A DNA stretch of 64,000 nucleotides, taken from assembly GCA_963706535.1 (NCBI GenBank), contig CAVPMU010000009.1, positions 47,921 through 111,920 on the forward strand, read 5' to 3'. The stretch comes from an uncultured Gammaproteobacteria bacterium (lineage in GTDB: Bacteria > Pseudomonadota > Gammaproteobacteria > Steroidobacterales > Steroidobacteraceae). The notes under the pieces were generated by a model, which worked only from the letters and a program-made list of their open reading frames with translations, was not told where the DNA came from and ran no database searches. The translations under genes and the position numbers were made by a program. Each line of letters begins with the position of its first letter. Position 1 is the first letter of the stretch. This document shows positions 19,075 to 28,430 of the stretch, piece by piece.

Positions 19075-21132
19075 TCAGTCGAAGGTCGCACCCACCTTGA
19101 GCCACAGCGTGCGGCCCGGCTCGTTGACGCGCGTCGTCTGCTCGTAGCCCGCGAGCATCGCGCCGCCACGGCTCAGGTGCTCCGCGTAGGCCTTGTCGAA
19201 CAGGTTGTCCACGCCCGCCGACACCTGCACGCCGGGCGACGGCCGCCACGAGCCGTTCAGCGACAGCACGCCGAAGCCGCCGGTGCGGCCGAGGTCCTGC
19301 CCGACGATGCTGCCCTGGCGGAGGGCGTAGCGATCCTGCTCGTCGACGACTCGCCACAGCATGCCCGCCGACCAGCGCGTGCCCACATAGTTGAGGCCGG
19401 TGCGCAGCTCGAGCGGCGGCATCTGCGCGAGCGGCCGGTCGTCGGTCGTGTTCTCGCCGCGCGTGTAGGCGAGGGAGCCCGCCAGGCTCCAGTGCGCCGC
19501 GAGCGCATAGGTCGCGTCGATTTCGCCGCCCCAGGTGCGGGCGGCGACGTTGCGCGTCACGGTCACGGTGCGCATGCCTTTCACGTAGCCAGACTCGATG
19601 AGGATGTAGTCGTCCACGTCGCTCGCGAACGCGGACACGGATGCCGCGAGCCGGTCGCTCGAATGCACGACACCGAGGTCGAGCTGGGTGGTCTTCTCGG
19701 GTGCCGTGTGGAAGGCACTCACGCTCGCGACGCTCTCCTTGCCCGCCGAGATGAGTTCCCAGTAGTCCGGGAAGCGCTGCACGTGGCCGAGGCCCGCGTA
19801 GGCGGTGGTGGACGAACCTGCGAGGTCGTGCTCGATGCGTGCGAAGCCGCTCGGCAGGGTCGTGCGGCGGGTCTCGTTGGCCGTGGGGTTCGGCACGCTC
19901 GTCATGCCGGGCCGGAGCGAGTCGCGCTCGTCGCGTGCTTCCCAGAGGTCGGCGCGCAGGCCGGCGACGAGACGCGAGCGAGTGTCGATCGGCCGGCTGG
20001 CCTCGCTGAACAGCCCCACGCTGCGGAACCAGCCATCGTCGACGCGCGGCAGCGCCTCGTAGGGCTGCATGGTCTGGTTCATGGACTGGCGCAGCGAGTG
20101 CTCGTTCTCCTGCAGGTCCGCACCGACGGTCGCTGTCATGCCCTGGCCCCAGGCGAGGTCGAGCGCGACGCGCCCGCCGGTGGTGCGCCGGTCGGGGTTC
20201 GAGACCGCCGGGTTCGCCATCGTCGCCGTTGGTGTGAAGCCGCGCAGGCTGTAGTTGTCCATCACGTGGTCGACGTAGTTGTAGTACGCCTGCGCCTCGA
20301 GGCGCTTCACGTGCCGCGAAATGTCGGCCCGCTCGTAGCGCAGCCCGAGGTTCTCGCGGTCGAAGGCGACGCCGTCCATCGAGCGGTCGGCGTACGCGGC
20401 CTCGCCGTCGCTCAGCGCGCCGGTCAGCTCGACGAGCGTTGCATCGTCCGGGGTCCAGCCGAGCGCCCCGTTCGCGCTCCAGCGCTCGTAGGCCGAGTGC
20501 ACCGTGGCGCCGCCGCCGTCGTCGTAGTCGTCGGATTCAGCGCGCGTGGCGACCAGCTGGCCGCGGACCCGCGGCGTCCCTGCGCGCAGGTCGGCGACGA
20601 GGTCGTTGCGTCCGAAGCTAGCGCCGAGCGCGCTGCCCTGTGCGGTGAAGCCGGGCGCCTCGAAGCGTTTCACGTCGCGCTCGAACGACACGGTGGCCGC
20701 GGAATTGCCCGGGCCGTGCAGCACCGACTGCGGGCCCTTCACGACCACGATGCGGTCGTAGGCCTCGGGGAAGACGTAGGCCGTCGGCGGGTCCATGCGC
20801 CCGCCGCAGCCGCCGAGCAGCGCCTCGCCGTCGAGCAGGACGTTCACGCGCGAGGCGGCCATGCCGCGGAAGACCGGGTCGCCGTCGGTGCCGCCCTTGC
20901 GGATCACCGAGAAGCCCGGGATGGTCTTCAGGTAGTCGGCGCCGTCGTGCGCCGGCAGTGGTTGACGTGGCGCCTTGGGGTCGGTCACCACGGTGAGGGG
21001 CGCATGCATGCGCGAGGCGGTGACGATGATCTCGTCGAGCGCCGGCGTGGCTTGAGCTGCGCCCGCGAGCGCAAGCGCCGCGGGCACGGACACGATGACG
21101 GAGGCCCGGCGGGCCCCGCTGGAAGTCTTCAT
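19075..21132 (-). CDS. TonB-dependent copper receptor (OprC/NosA family)
   Basis: 685 aa. Signal peptide. Plug motif IIVTASR. GGCGGRMDPPT motif. C-terminal ...LWLKVGATFD barrel end. Confidence 0.85.
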   Translation of the reverse strand: MKTSSGARRASVIVSVPAALALAGAAQATPALDEIIVTASRMHAPLTVVTDPKAPRQPLPAHDGADYLKTIPGFSVIRKGGTDGDPVFRGMAASRVNVLLDGEALLGGCGGRMDPPTAYVFPEAYDRIVVVKGPQSVLHGPGNSAATVSFERDVKRFEAPGFTAQGSALGASFGRNDLVADLRAGTPRVRGQLVATRAESDDYDDGGGATVHSAYERWSANGALGWTPDDATLVELTGALSDGEAAYADRSMDGVAFDRENLGLRYERADISRHVKRLEAQAYYNYVDHVMDNYSLRGFTPTATMANPAVSNPDRRTTGGRVALDLAWGQGMTATVGADLQENEHSLRQSMNQTMQPYEALPRVDDGWFRSVGLFSEASRPIDTRSRLVAGLRADLWEARDERDSLRPGMTSVPNPTANETRRTTLPSGFARIEHDLAGSSTTAYAGLGHVQRFPDYWELISAGKESVASVSAFHTAPEKTTQLDLGVVHSSDRLAASVSAFASDVDDYILIESGYVKGMRTVTVTRNVAARTWGGEIDATYALAAHWSLAGSLAYTRGENTTDDRPLAQMPPLELRTGLNYVGTRWSAGMLWRVVDEQDRYALRQGSIVGQDLGRTGGFGVLSLNGSWRPSPGVQVSAGVDNLFDKAYAEHLSRGGAMLAGYEQTTRVNEPGRTLWLKVGATFD

Positions 21133-21168
21133 TGGATTGTCTCCGTAGATTGAGGGTCCAGCAGCGAG

Positions 21169-21546
21169 CTAGACCATCGACGGAGGTGCGCGCGGGGATT
21201 GCGTCCGGTGGATGCTGCGGAGGAGGGGCGCGGCGATCGGTGGCGACTCGGGCGCCTGTGCGACCGGCGCGCCCGCGAGCACGATTGCGGCGAGCGGCGG
21301 TGGTGCGGTGGCGGCGGTTGCCGCGAACACGCAGGGGGCCTGGTGGTCGCCGCCGTGGGGGGCGGGCGCCTCGCCTCCCTGCGTCGCGCGGATGACGATG
21401 GCGGAGCGCGCATCGCCATGGCACATCTGCATCGTGAGCGCGCCGTCCGCGCTGCCGGCCATGAAGCCTTCGGGGACGAACAGGCGCAGCGCGAGCGCGG
21501 GCGCGAGCAGCAGCGCAACCCAGCCACGCACGCGCCTTCGATGCAT
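21169..21546 (-). CDS. DUF2946 family protein
   Basis: Signal/TM then PEGFM...MQMCHGD motif. Typical position upstream of the copper receptor. Confidence 0.65.
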   Translation of the reverse strand: MHRRRVRGWVALLLAPALALRLFVPEGFMAGSADGALTMQMCHGDARSAIVIRATQGGEAPAPHGGDHQAPCVFAATAATAPPPLAAIVLAGAPVAQAPESPPIAAPLLRSIHRTQSPRAPPSMV

Positions 21547-21571
21547 GCACCCCCCGCCCATGCGCCGGAGT

Positions 21572-22489
21572 CTAGAGCATCGATGCCTTCTTCCGCGAGC
21601 GGCACGACTCGGCCGTCTTCTCGCGCAGGATCTCGATCAACCTGCGCGTGCCCGGACCGGTCGTGTCGCGGTCCGCATAGACCAGGTACAGCTCCACGTA
21701 GCGCTCGCTGCCGGTCTCTAGCGGCAGCGGCACGAGCGCGCCGGAATCGAGTTCCTCGCGGATGCTTTCCTCCGCGTACCACGCGAAGCCGAGGCCCATG
21801 CAGGCGGCCCGGATGGACGTCGCCTTGTTGCTCACGGTCCAGCGCGTCTCGTTGATCCAGCCGCCGGTGCGGCTGCGCAGGGCGCTCGAGTCGCGCACGA
21901 CGAGGTGGCGGTGCATGCGCAGGTCGTCGAGCGTCAGCGCGCGGCCGAGTCCGTGCAGCGGATGAGTGGGTGCAGCGGCGCAAATGAATCGCACTCGCAT
22001 CAGTGCGTCGCCGAGGAAGCCGCCGGGCACGATGCCGCCGATCGCGAGGTCGACGCGTCCTTCGTTCAACGCCTCCTCGGTTCCCGCGAGCACGGACTCG
22101 ATCAGCTCGATGCGCGTATCCGGGTGCTCGCGCCCGAACTCGGCGAAGCACTCGAGCAGCAGCCAGGTCGGGAAGATGATGTCCACGGCGACCCGGATCT
22201 CCGATTCCTGCCCGCGCGCGAGCTCGGCCGCGGCATGCTCGAGTCGCGCGGCCTCCCGGACCAGCGACTTGCCGCGCCGGTAGAGCACCTGCCCGGTCGG
22301 CGTGAGCACGGCCTTGCGTCCCTGCAGCTCGAACACCTTCACCCCGAGCAGGTCCTCGAGCTTCTTGATGGTGTAGGTGATGGTCGACTGGCTGCGGTGC
22401 AGTCGCTCGGACGCCTGTGCATAGCCCCCGGCCTCGACGACGGCGACGAGGGCGTTCCATTGGTCGAGGGTGATTCTTGGCTGACCCAT
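21572..22489 (-). CDS. LysR family transcriptional regulator
   Basis: N-terminal HTH (SERLHRSQSTITYTIKKLE) and LysR substrate-binding domain. Confidence 0.9.
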   Translation of the reverse strand: MGQPRITLDQWNALVAVVEAGGYAQASERLHRSQSTITYTIKKLEDLLGVKVFELQGRKAVLTPTGQVLYRRGKSLVREAARLEHAAAELARGQESEIRVAVDIIFPTWLLLECFAEFGREHPDTRIELIESVLAGTEEALNEGRVDLAIGGIVPGGFLGDALMRVRFICAAAPTHPLHGLGRALTLDDLRMHRHLVVRDSSALRSRTGGWINETRWTVSNKATSIRAACMGLGFAWYAEESIREELDSGALVPLPLETGSERYVELYLVYADRDTTGPGTRRLIEILREKTAESCRSRKKASML

Positions 22490-22594
22490 TTATCTATGCA
22501 CTGGATACTTATAGTCTAATTTATCGTCTTTTCGATCGACAAGATAGATGCAAAATGCACCCACCGAACGTACACCGTATTAATGGGAGCCACC
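22490..22594. promoter_or_regulatory. AT-rich divergent promoter/operator region between the LysR gene and azoR
   Basis: Conspicuously AT-rich in a GC-rich background. Repeated ATCTATGCA / ATAGATGCA motifs. Confidence 0.3.
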
Positions 22595-23206
22595 ATGCAG
22601 ACGATCCTCCAGATCAACGCCAGCCTCTTCGGCGAGCAGAGCCAGTCCTCGCGCCTCGCCGGCGACTTCGTCAAGGCCCTTACCAGCCTGCCGCACGTCG
22701 GCGCCGGATCCACCGTGATCGTGCGCGACCTCGGCGCCGAGCCGCTGCCGCACCTGACGGCCGAGCGTTTCCAGTCGTTCGTCACGCCGGCGGAGCAGCG
22801 TACGCCGGAGCAGGCGCGCGTGGCCGCGGAATCCGACGCGCTCATCGACGAGCTGCGCCGCGCGGACGTGATCGTGCTCGGCCTGCCCATGTACAACTTC
22901 GGCGTGCCCTCCACGCTCAAGGCGTATTTCGACCACGTGGCGCGCGCCGGCAAGACCTTCCGTTACACGGAGAGCGGTCCCGAAGGCCTGCTGAAAGGCA
23001 AGAAGGCCTACGTGTTTGCGACGCGCGGCGGCCGCTACGCCGGCACGCCTGCCGACCTGCAGACGGGCTACGTCAAGCTGTTCCTTGGCTTCGTCGGCAT
23101 CGAGGACGTCGAGTTCGTCTACGCAGAAGGCCTGTCGATGGGTCCGGAGAGTCGCGAGGCAGGACTCGGCACCGCCGAGGCACGCATCGAGCAGCTGGCG
23201 GCCTGA
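22595..23206 (+). CDS. azoR: FMN-dependent NADH-azoreductase
   Basis: Strong by-eye similarity to E. coli AzoR (PMYNFGVPSTLKAYFDHVARAGKTFRYTESGPEGLL). GGGAG SD. Confidence 0.9.
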   Translation: MQTILQINASLFGEQSQSSRLAGDFVKALTSLPHVGAGSTVIVRDLGAEPLPHLTAERFQSFVTPAEQRTPEQARVAAESDALIDELRRADVIVLGLPMYNFGVPSTLKAYFDHVARAGKTFRYTESGPEGLLKGKKAYVFATRGGRYAGTPADLQTGYVKLFLGFVGIEDVEFVYAEGLSMGPESREAGLGTAEARIEQLAA

Positions 23207-23237
23207 GCAGCTGCAACACATCCAGGGAAATACGCAC

Positions 23238-23636
23238 ATGAACACCCAGCAGAACCTCGCGGACCTCACGGGCCGCATCCTGATCTCGGCAATCTTCCTG
23301 CAGGCCGGCATCGGCAAGATCGGCGGCTACGCGGGCACGCAAGGCTACATGGAGGCGATGGGCGTGCCGGGCGCGCTGCTGCCGCTCGTGATCGCGCTCG
23401 AGGTCCTCGCGCCGATCGCCATCATCGTCGGCTACCAGGCGCGCATCGCGGCCTTCCTGCTCGCAGGCTTCTCCCTAGCGTCGGCCGTACGGTTCCACAA
23501 TCCCGCCGCCGACCCGACGCAGGGCATCATGTTCATGAAGAACCTGGCGCTGGCGGGCGGCTTCCTGTTCCTCGTCGCACGCGGCACGGGCGACTGGTCG
23601 CTCGACGCCCGCCGCGAGTCGCTCGTGAGACCCTGA
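23238..23636 (+). CDS. DoxX family membrane protein
   Basis: 132 aa. GRILISAIFLQAGIGKI... typical DoxX N-terminus. Four TM segments. Confidence 0.8.
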   Translation: MNTQQNLADLTGRILISAIFLQAGIGKIGGYAGTQGYMEAMGVPGALLPLVIALEVLAPIAIIVGYQARIAAFLLAGFSLASAVRFHNPAADPTQGIMFMKNLALAGGFLFLVARGTGDWSLDARRESLVRP

Positions 23637-23648
23637 GGAGCGCATGAC

Positions 23649-24506
23649 GTGAGTACCCGTACATTGCAGGCCGTGGTTCCGGCGGTGGCGGCGTCCGACG
23701 GGGCCGGCGTGAAGTTGCGCCGCAGCCTCGGCCGGGCGCCGCAGGTGCGATTCGACCCGTTCCTGATGCTCGACGAGTTCTTCTCGGACGACCCCGACGA
23801 CTACCTGGCGGGTTTTCCCTCGCATCCGCACCGCGGCTTCGAGACCGTCACCTACATGCTCGAGGGTCGCATGCGCCACGAGGACGGCTTCGGCAACCGC
23901 GGCGACCTCGGTCCGGGCGACGTGCAGTGGATGACGGCGGCGCGCGGCATCGTCCACTCGGAGATGCCCCAGCAGACGGAGGGTCGCATGCGCGGCTTCC
24001 AGCTGTGGATCAACCTGCCGTCGCGCGAGAAGATGAAACCGGCGGCGTATCGCGACATTCCCTCGCGTGAAATTCCGACGGTCACGCTCGCCGGTGGCGG
24101 CGAACTGCGCGTCATCGCGGGCGAGTTCAGGCAGGACGGCGTGGCGACACCCGGCCCGATCGGCGGTCTGTCGACCGAGCCAATGTATTTCGACCTGCGC
24201 CTGCCGGCCAATGCGACCGTGACGGTCCCGACGCCCGCGACGCACAACGCCTTCCTGTACGTGTACGAGGGCGACGCTGCGGTCGGCGCCGATGCGAAAC
24301 CGCTGCCGCATCGCTCCGCGGGCCTGCTCACGCCCGGCGACGACATGCGGGTCCGGGCGGGCGAGCGTGGCGCAGCCCTGCTGTTTCTGGCCGGCCGGCC
24401 GATCGGCGAGCCCGTGGTGCAGTTCGGCCCGTTCGTGATGAACACCCACGAGGAAATCGAGCAGGCGATCGTCGACTACCAGGCGGGCCGGCTGGCCGTG
24501 GCCTAG
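23649..24506 (+). CDS. Pirin family protein
   Basis: HPHRGFETVTYMLEG cupin metal motif. GTG start after GAGGAG. Confidence 0.85.
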   Translation: MSTRTLQAVVPAVAASDGAGVKLRRSLGRAPQVRFDPFLMLDEFFSDDPDDYLAGFPSHPHRGFETVTYMLEGRMRHEDGFGNRGDLGPGDVQWMTAARGIVHSEMPQQTEGRMRGFQLWINLPSREKMKPAAYRDIPSREIPTVTLAGGGELRVIAGEFRQDGVATPGPIGGLSTEPMYFDLRLPANATVTVPTPATHNAFLYVYEGDAAVGADAKPLPHRSAGLLTPGDDMRVRAGERGAALLFLAGRPIGEPVVQFGPFVMNTHEEIEQAIVDYQAGRLAVA

Positions 24507-24593
24507 GTGTAATCCACCGCCGGGCCGCGGCGCGGCGAAAGCAGAATAGTTGCCACCAGGGGCGGTGGCCCTGCCCGCCGTGCGGACCTCGCC

Positions 24594-24884
24594 ATGAGCC
24601 ACAAGCACGAGCAACTGCTGCGGACGATCTTCCACGATCCGATCAGCGCGAACATCCACTGGCGCGAGATCGAGTCGCTCCTGCACCACGTCGGTGCCAA
24701 CGTCGAGCCGCTCTCCGGCGCGCGCATCCGCGTCAAGCTGAACGGCGCCGAGGGCATCCTGCACCGGCCGCACCACGGCAACACGCTCGACAAGAGTTCG
24801 GTGCGCCACCTGCGTGAGTACCTCGCGCATGCGCGCATGACTCCGTCGCAATACGAGGCGGCGCGGGAGCAGGCGACGCACTAG
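24594..24884 (+). CDS. Small hypothetical protein (96 aa; loosely HicA/YcfA-like pattern, unconfirmed)
   Basis: High-GC3 ORF. No convincing SD. No partner gene. Confidence 0.5.
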   Translation: MSHKHEQLLRTIFHDPISANIHWREIESLLHHVGANVEPLSGARIRVKLNGAEGILHRPHHGNTLDKSSVRHLREYLAHARMTPSQYEAAREQATH

Positions 24885-24956
24885 TCCTGCGCCGAGCTTG
24901 CGGTCGGCCAGCGCTTGGCATCAAATCACGGGCGGGACTTTCCTCCCCGAGCGGGC

Positions 24957-26161
24957 ATGATGGATCGCCGCAGGTTCCTGGTGAATTCGACCGGCACGAT
25001 CGCCGGCAGTCTGCTGATTCCACGTCTCGCCGAGGCCGCGACGCAGGAGTCGCTGCCGGCCGGCGCGGTCTCCTCCGGCATCCTCGATGCGCTGCCCGGC
25101 AAGCGACCGCTCATCAAGCGCAGCTTCCGGCCGCAGAACTACGAGACCCCGGTGGCGATGTTCCGCGAGGCGTTCACGCCGAACGACGCGTTCTACGCGC
25201 GCTGGCACAGCGCCGTTCCCGAGGTTTCCCTCGCCGACTGGCGACTGCGCATCGCGGGCCCGGGCGTGCAGAGCCCGCGCGAGTTCACCCAGGCGGAACT
25301 CACGCGCAAGTTCAAAGTCCACGAGGTCGCGGCGGTCAACCAGTGCTCGGCAACCGGCGCGGCCTGTTCGTGCCGCACGTGCCCGGCGTGCAGTGGGGCT
25401 ACGGCGCGATGGGCAATGCGATGTGGCGCGGCGTGCGCCTGAAGGACGTGCTCGAGGATGCCGGCCTCGCCGGCAGCGCGCTCGAGGTCGTCGGCAATGG
25501 CGCAGACGCGCCGATGCTCACCGGTCCGGATTTCGTGAAGAGCCTGCCGATGTGGAAGGCCCTCGATCCCGACACCCTGGTCGCCTTCGAGATGAACGGC
25601 GAGCCGCTGCCGGTGTGGAACGGCTACCCGGCCCGCCTCGTGGTGCCCGGATGGACCGCGACCTACTGGATCAAGGCGCTCGTCGACCTGCAGGTGACGG
25701 ACACGGCCTACGACGGCTTCTGGATGAAGACCGCCTACCGCGTGCCGAAGGGCATGTTCGGGGAGAGCGGCTTCGCCTCGCAGGACACGGCAGCGAACTC
25801 GGCGATCACCGCGATCAAGGTCAACTCGCTGATCGTGGACCCGGCGCCGGACGCGGTGCTTCCCATCGGGCGCAGGACCGAGGTCCACGGCATCGCCTGG
25901 GACGGCGGATCGGGAATCCGCAAGGTGCAGTACTCGCTCGACGGTGGCGCGAGCTGGCGCGAGGCGCGGCTCGGCCGCGAGCTCGGCCGCTATTCCTGGC
26001 GGCAGTGGCGGTTTGCGGTGAGGCCCAAGGCTGCGGGCACGCAGTCGGTCATGGTGCGTGCGCTGGCGCGCGACGGCGCGACGCAGGCGGGGCAACTGGT
26101 GCACAACCCGGCCGGCTATCACCACAACGTGGTGCAGAAAGTGGATTTCCATGTGGCGTGA
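24957..26161 (+). pseudogene. sorA: Sulfite dehydrogenase/oxidase molybdopterin subunit (SorA-like), frameshifted (one G missing at 25349-25350)
   Basis: Tat signal MMDRRRFLV. Frame 0 reads ...VAAVNQCS then nonsense. Frame 2 resumes GNRRGLFVPHVPGVQWGYGAMGNAMW... through the dimerisation domain. Span 1205 = 3n-1. Confidence 0.75.
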
Positions 26162-26459
26162 ACTCCGGCGCGGGGCGCTGGTCGTCTGCGCGCTCGCATC
26201 GGGCGCGCCGGCCCTGGCCGGCGACGAGGCCAGCCTGGTGCTGGCGCAGGGCGAGGGCGTCGACAAGGTGCAGGCGCTGTGCGCGATCTGCCACAGCCTC
26301 GACTACGTCCACATGAACTCACCGTTCCAGGACGCCACCGGCTGGGACAAGACGGTGACGAAGATGGTCAAGGTGATGGGCGCGCCGATCACGCCCGAGG
26401 ACAGCGCGGCGATCGTCGCTTATCTCGCTCGCCACTACGGCAGGGAAGCCGCCCGGTAG
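26151..26459 (+). CDS. sorB: Monoheme c-type cytochrome (SorB-like small subunit)
   Basis: Signal peptide. CAICH heme motif. Overlaps the SorA-like stop. Confidence 0.7.
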   Translation: MWRELRRGALVVCALASGAPALAGDEASLVLAQGEGVDKVQALCAICHSLDYVHMNSPFQDATGWDKTVTKMVKVMGAPITPEDSAAIVAYLARHYGREAAR

Positions 26460-26466
26460 GCGAAAC

Positions 26467-26581
26467 ATGGACTTGCTGTCGTTCGCGCGCGGCCACGCGC
26501 TGCAGTGATCGATGGCGATCCTCGCGTTCGGCCTGGCGTGGCGCCTGGCAGATGGTCGCCCGGCGCATGTGGCCCTAGCCT
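26467..26581 (+). pseudogene. N-terminal remnant of a membrane protein gene (MDLLSFARGHALQ*SMAILAFGLAWRL...), internal TGA, truncated by the IS
   Basis: Short frame with an in-frame stop at 26506-26508. It ends at the IS left inverted repeat. Confidence 0.3.
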
Positions 26582-26600
26582 GAATGGCACTTCCTTAAGC
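26582..26600 (+). repeat. IS left terminal inverted repeat GAATGGCACTTCCTTAAGC
   Basis: Matches the reverse complement of 28090-28108 at 18/19 positions. Confidence 0.8.
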
Positions 26601-26649
26601 CGCAGCGGGACGAGCGAGCGCGGCTAAGCCATTGATGGGATGAGGCAGG

Positions 26650-28095
26650 TTGGCTGGGATTGGTAGGATGTTTGTTACCACACATCCGCCCCACACAACC
26701 CCGAGGCCAACCTTGACCCAGCGTACTGCCGCATTTCGTTCCGGGCAACATCGACAGCAGGTGCGCCGCCGCGCGCAGCGCGTCGATGCGGTCGGGTTCT
26801 TCAACCTGCTGACAAGCCCCGAACTGATCGAGGTGACCGAGTCGCACCTGCCCGCGCATCGCGAGCGGCTGTATCCACCGACGGTGGCGCTGTCGATGTT
26901 CCTGCGCCAGTCCCTGGACGCCGACGGTTCCTGTCAGAAGGCCGTCAATGGCTGGGCCGCCCAGCGATGCGCGGAAGGCTTGAGCGTGCAGAGCGTTCGC
27001 ACCGGGGCGTACTGCAAGGCGCGCGAGCGCTTGCCGGTGGCGATGGTGACCGGCCTTGCGCACACGGTCGGTGCGCGGGTGAGCGCACGGGCCAAGCCCG
27101 GTTGGCGCTGGCGCGGCCGCGATGTGAAGCTGGTGGACGGTACCGGGATCTCGATGCCCGACACGCCGGAGAACCAGGCGTGCTATCCGCAGCCCAGTAG
27201 CCAGACCGAGGGGGTCGGCTTTCCATTGGCACGTGTCGTGGGCGTGATTTGCCTGGCGACCGGGGCCGTGATCGATGCAGCCATCGGCCCGCATGCGGGC
27301 AAAGGCAGCAGTGAGCTGGGACTGCTGCGCACGCTCGGCACAGTCTTTTCCCCGGGCGATGTGATGCTCGCCGATGCGCTCTACTGCAACTACTTTCTGA
27401 TCGCGACCATGATCTCGGCCGGTGTGGATGTGCTGTTCGAACAGCACGGCGCACGGATCACCGACTTTCGGCGCGGTGCGTCTCTGGGCCACCGCGATCA
27501 TCTGGTGCGCTGGAGGAAGTCGCAGACCAGGCCCGAGTGGATGAGCGCGCAGCAGTACGCGGACTTCCCCGAGGAGCTGACCGTGCGGGAAGTGCAGGTC
27601 GATGGCCAAATCCTGGTCACCACGTTGGTCAACCGCAAGGTCAGCAAAGGCGAGCTCGACCAGTTGTACGCGCGGCGCTGGAACGTGGAGCTGGATCTGC
27701 GCAATATCAAGACCACGCTCGGCGTCGAAGTGCTGCGCTGTCTGACGCCGCAGATGGTCGAGAAAGAACTGTGGGTGCATCTGCTGGCCTACAACTTGAT
27801 CCGCTTGCTGATGGCACAAGCCGCACTGGATGCCAGGGTTCACCCGCGACAGCTGAGCTTCAAGCACGCGGTGCAGCTATGGGTTGAGTGGCATGCGCAT
27901 CGCGTTGATTTCAGCGCTGATCCGAACACGTTCTTCAGGCTGCTTGCGCAACCGGTGGTCGGCAACCGGCCCGGACGCATCGAGCCGCGGGCCAGAAAAC
28001 GCAGACCCAAGCCCTATCCGTGGCTGAAAATCCCTCGCGCCGCAGCCCGTGACTGCGTGCGAAAATATGGCCATCTGTGGCGCTACAGGGCTTAA
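26650..28095 (+). CDS. IS4 family DDE transposase
   Basis: VDGTGISMPD and MLADALY acidic motifs. YARRWNVELDLRNIK = Y-x2-R-x3-E-x6-K (YREK) signature. Exact start uncertain (26650 or 26668). Confidence 0.9.
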   Translation: MAGIGRMFVTTHPPHTTPRPTLTQRTAAFRSGQHRQQVRRRAQRVDAVGFFNLLTSPELIEVTESHLPAHRERLYPPTVALSMFLRQSLDADGSCQKAVNGWAAQRCAEGLSVQSVRTGAYCKARERLPVAMVTGLAHTVGARVSARAKPGWRWRGRDVKLVDGTGISMPDTPENQACYPQPSSQTEGVGFPLARVVGVICLATGAVIDAAIGPHAGKGSSELGLLRTLGTVFSPGDVMLADALYCNYFLIATMISAGVDVLFEQHGARITDFRRGASLGHRDHLVRWRKSQTRPEWMSAQQYADFPEELTVREVQVDGQILVTTLVNRKVSKGELDQLYARRWNVELDLRNIKTTLGVEVLRCLTPQMVEKELWVHLLAYNLIRLLMAQAALDARVHPRQLSFKHAVQLWVEWHAHRVDFSADPNTFFRLLAQPVVGNRPGRIEPRARKRRPKPYPWLKIPRAAARDCVRKYGHLWRYRA

Positions 28096-28108
28096 GTAAG
28101 TGCCATTC
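28090..28108 (-). repeat. IS right terminal inverted repeat
   Basis: GCTTAAGTAAGTGCCATTC on the plus strand. Confidence 0.8.
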
Positions 28109-28109
28109 G

Positions 28110-28430
28110 CCCTCGATGGTGTTCGACGAGGTCTTCTCCGAGCAGGTGTTCGAGCGCGGCAAGATCGAGGAGGGCCGCGTGATGCAGCGCTTCTTCAGGC
28201 GCACCGGCCAGAGCCTCACCCAGGAGTGGCTGGTTGAGCTGGTGAAGCGGATGCTGCGCCACCTGCCGATCACCATGCTGGGCAAGCTCGGCCTCGCCAC
28301 GCTGGTGGCGCCGCGAACCAGCGGCTGGTCGGGTGCGCGCGAGGCGATCGCGGAATACGTGCACGAGCGGGAGCACGAGCGCCGGCGCGCACTCGGGCTC
28401 GCCGACCTGATCGACGGGGCGAAGTCATGA
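28110..28430 (+). pseudogene. 3' remnant of the gene preceding hdrB2 (possibly hdrC2-like), 5'-truncated at the IS
   Basis: Open frame begins at the IS right end with no start or N-terminal domain. Its stop overlaps the hdrB2-like start (ATGA). Confidence 0.4.

Larger units (their letters stand above)
26582..28108 (+). mobile_element. IS4-family insertion sequence (1527 bp)
   Basis: 19-bp terminal inverted repeats (18/19 match) bracket a single DDE transposase ORF. No flanking direct repeat. Confidence 0.85.

Noticed and set aside
26279-26578. 99-aa ORF overlapping the end of the SorB-like gene and the intergenic region.
   Set aside because: It overlaps the cytochrome c gene out of frame. 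Its translation is Arg-rich and it has no SD.
26650-28095. Programmed frameshifting in the transposase, or programmed frameshifts as the explanation for the four split genes.
   Set aside because: The transposase is a single uninterrupted ORF. The four split genes lack slippery heptamers or stimulatory structures, and their shifts sit in plain homopolymer or CG runs.
26572-28120. Target-site duplication flanking the IS4 element.
   Set aside because: Left flank ...GCCCTAGCCT and right flank GCCCTCGATG... share only a non-adjacent GCCCT. No direct repeat abuts the inverted repeats.
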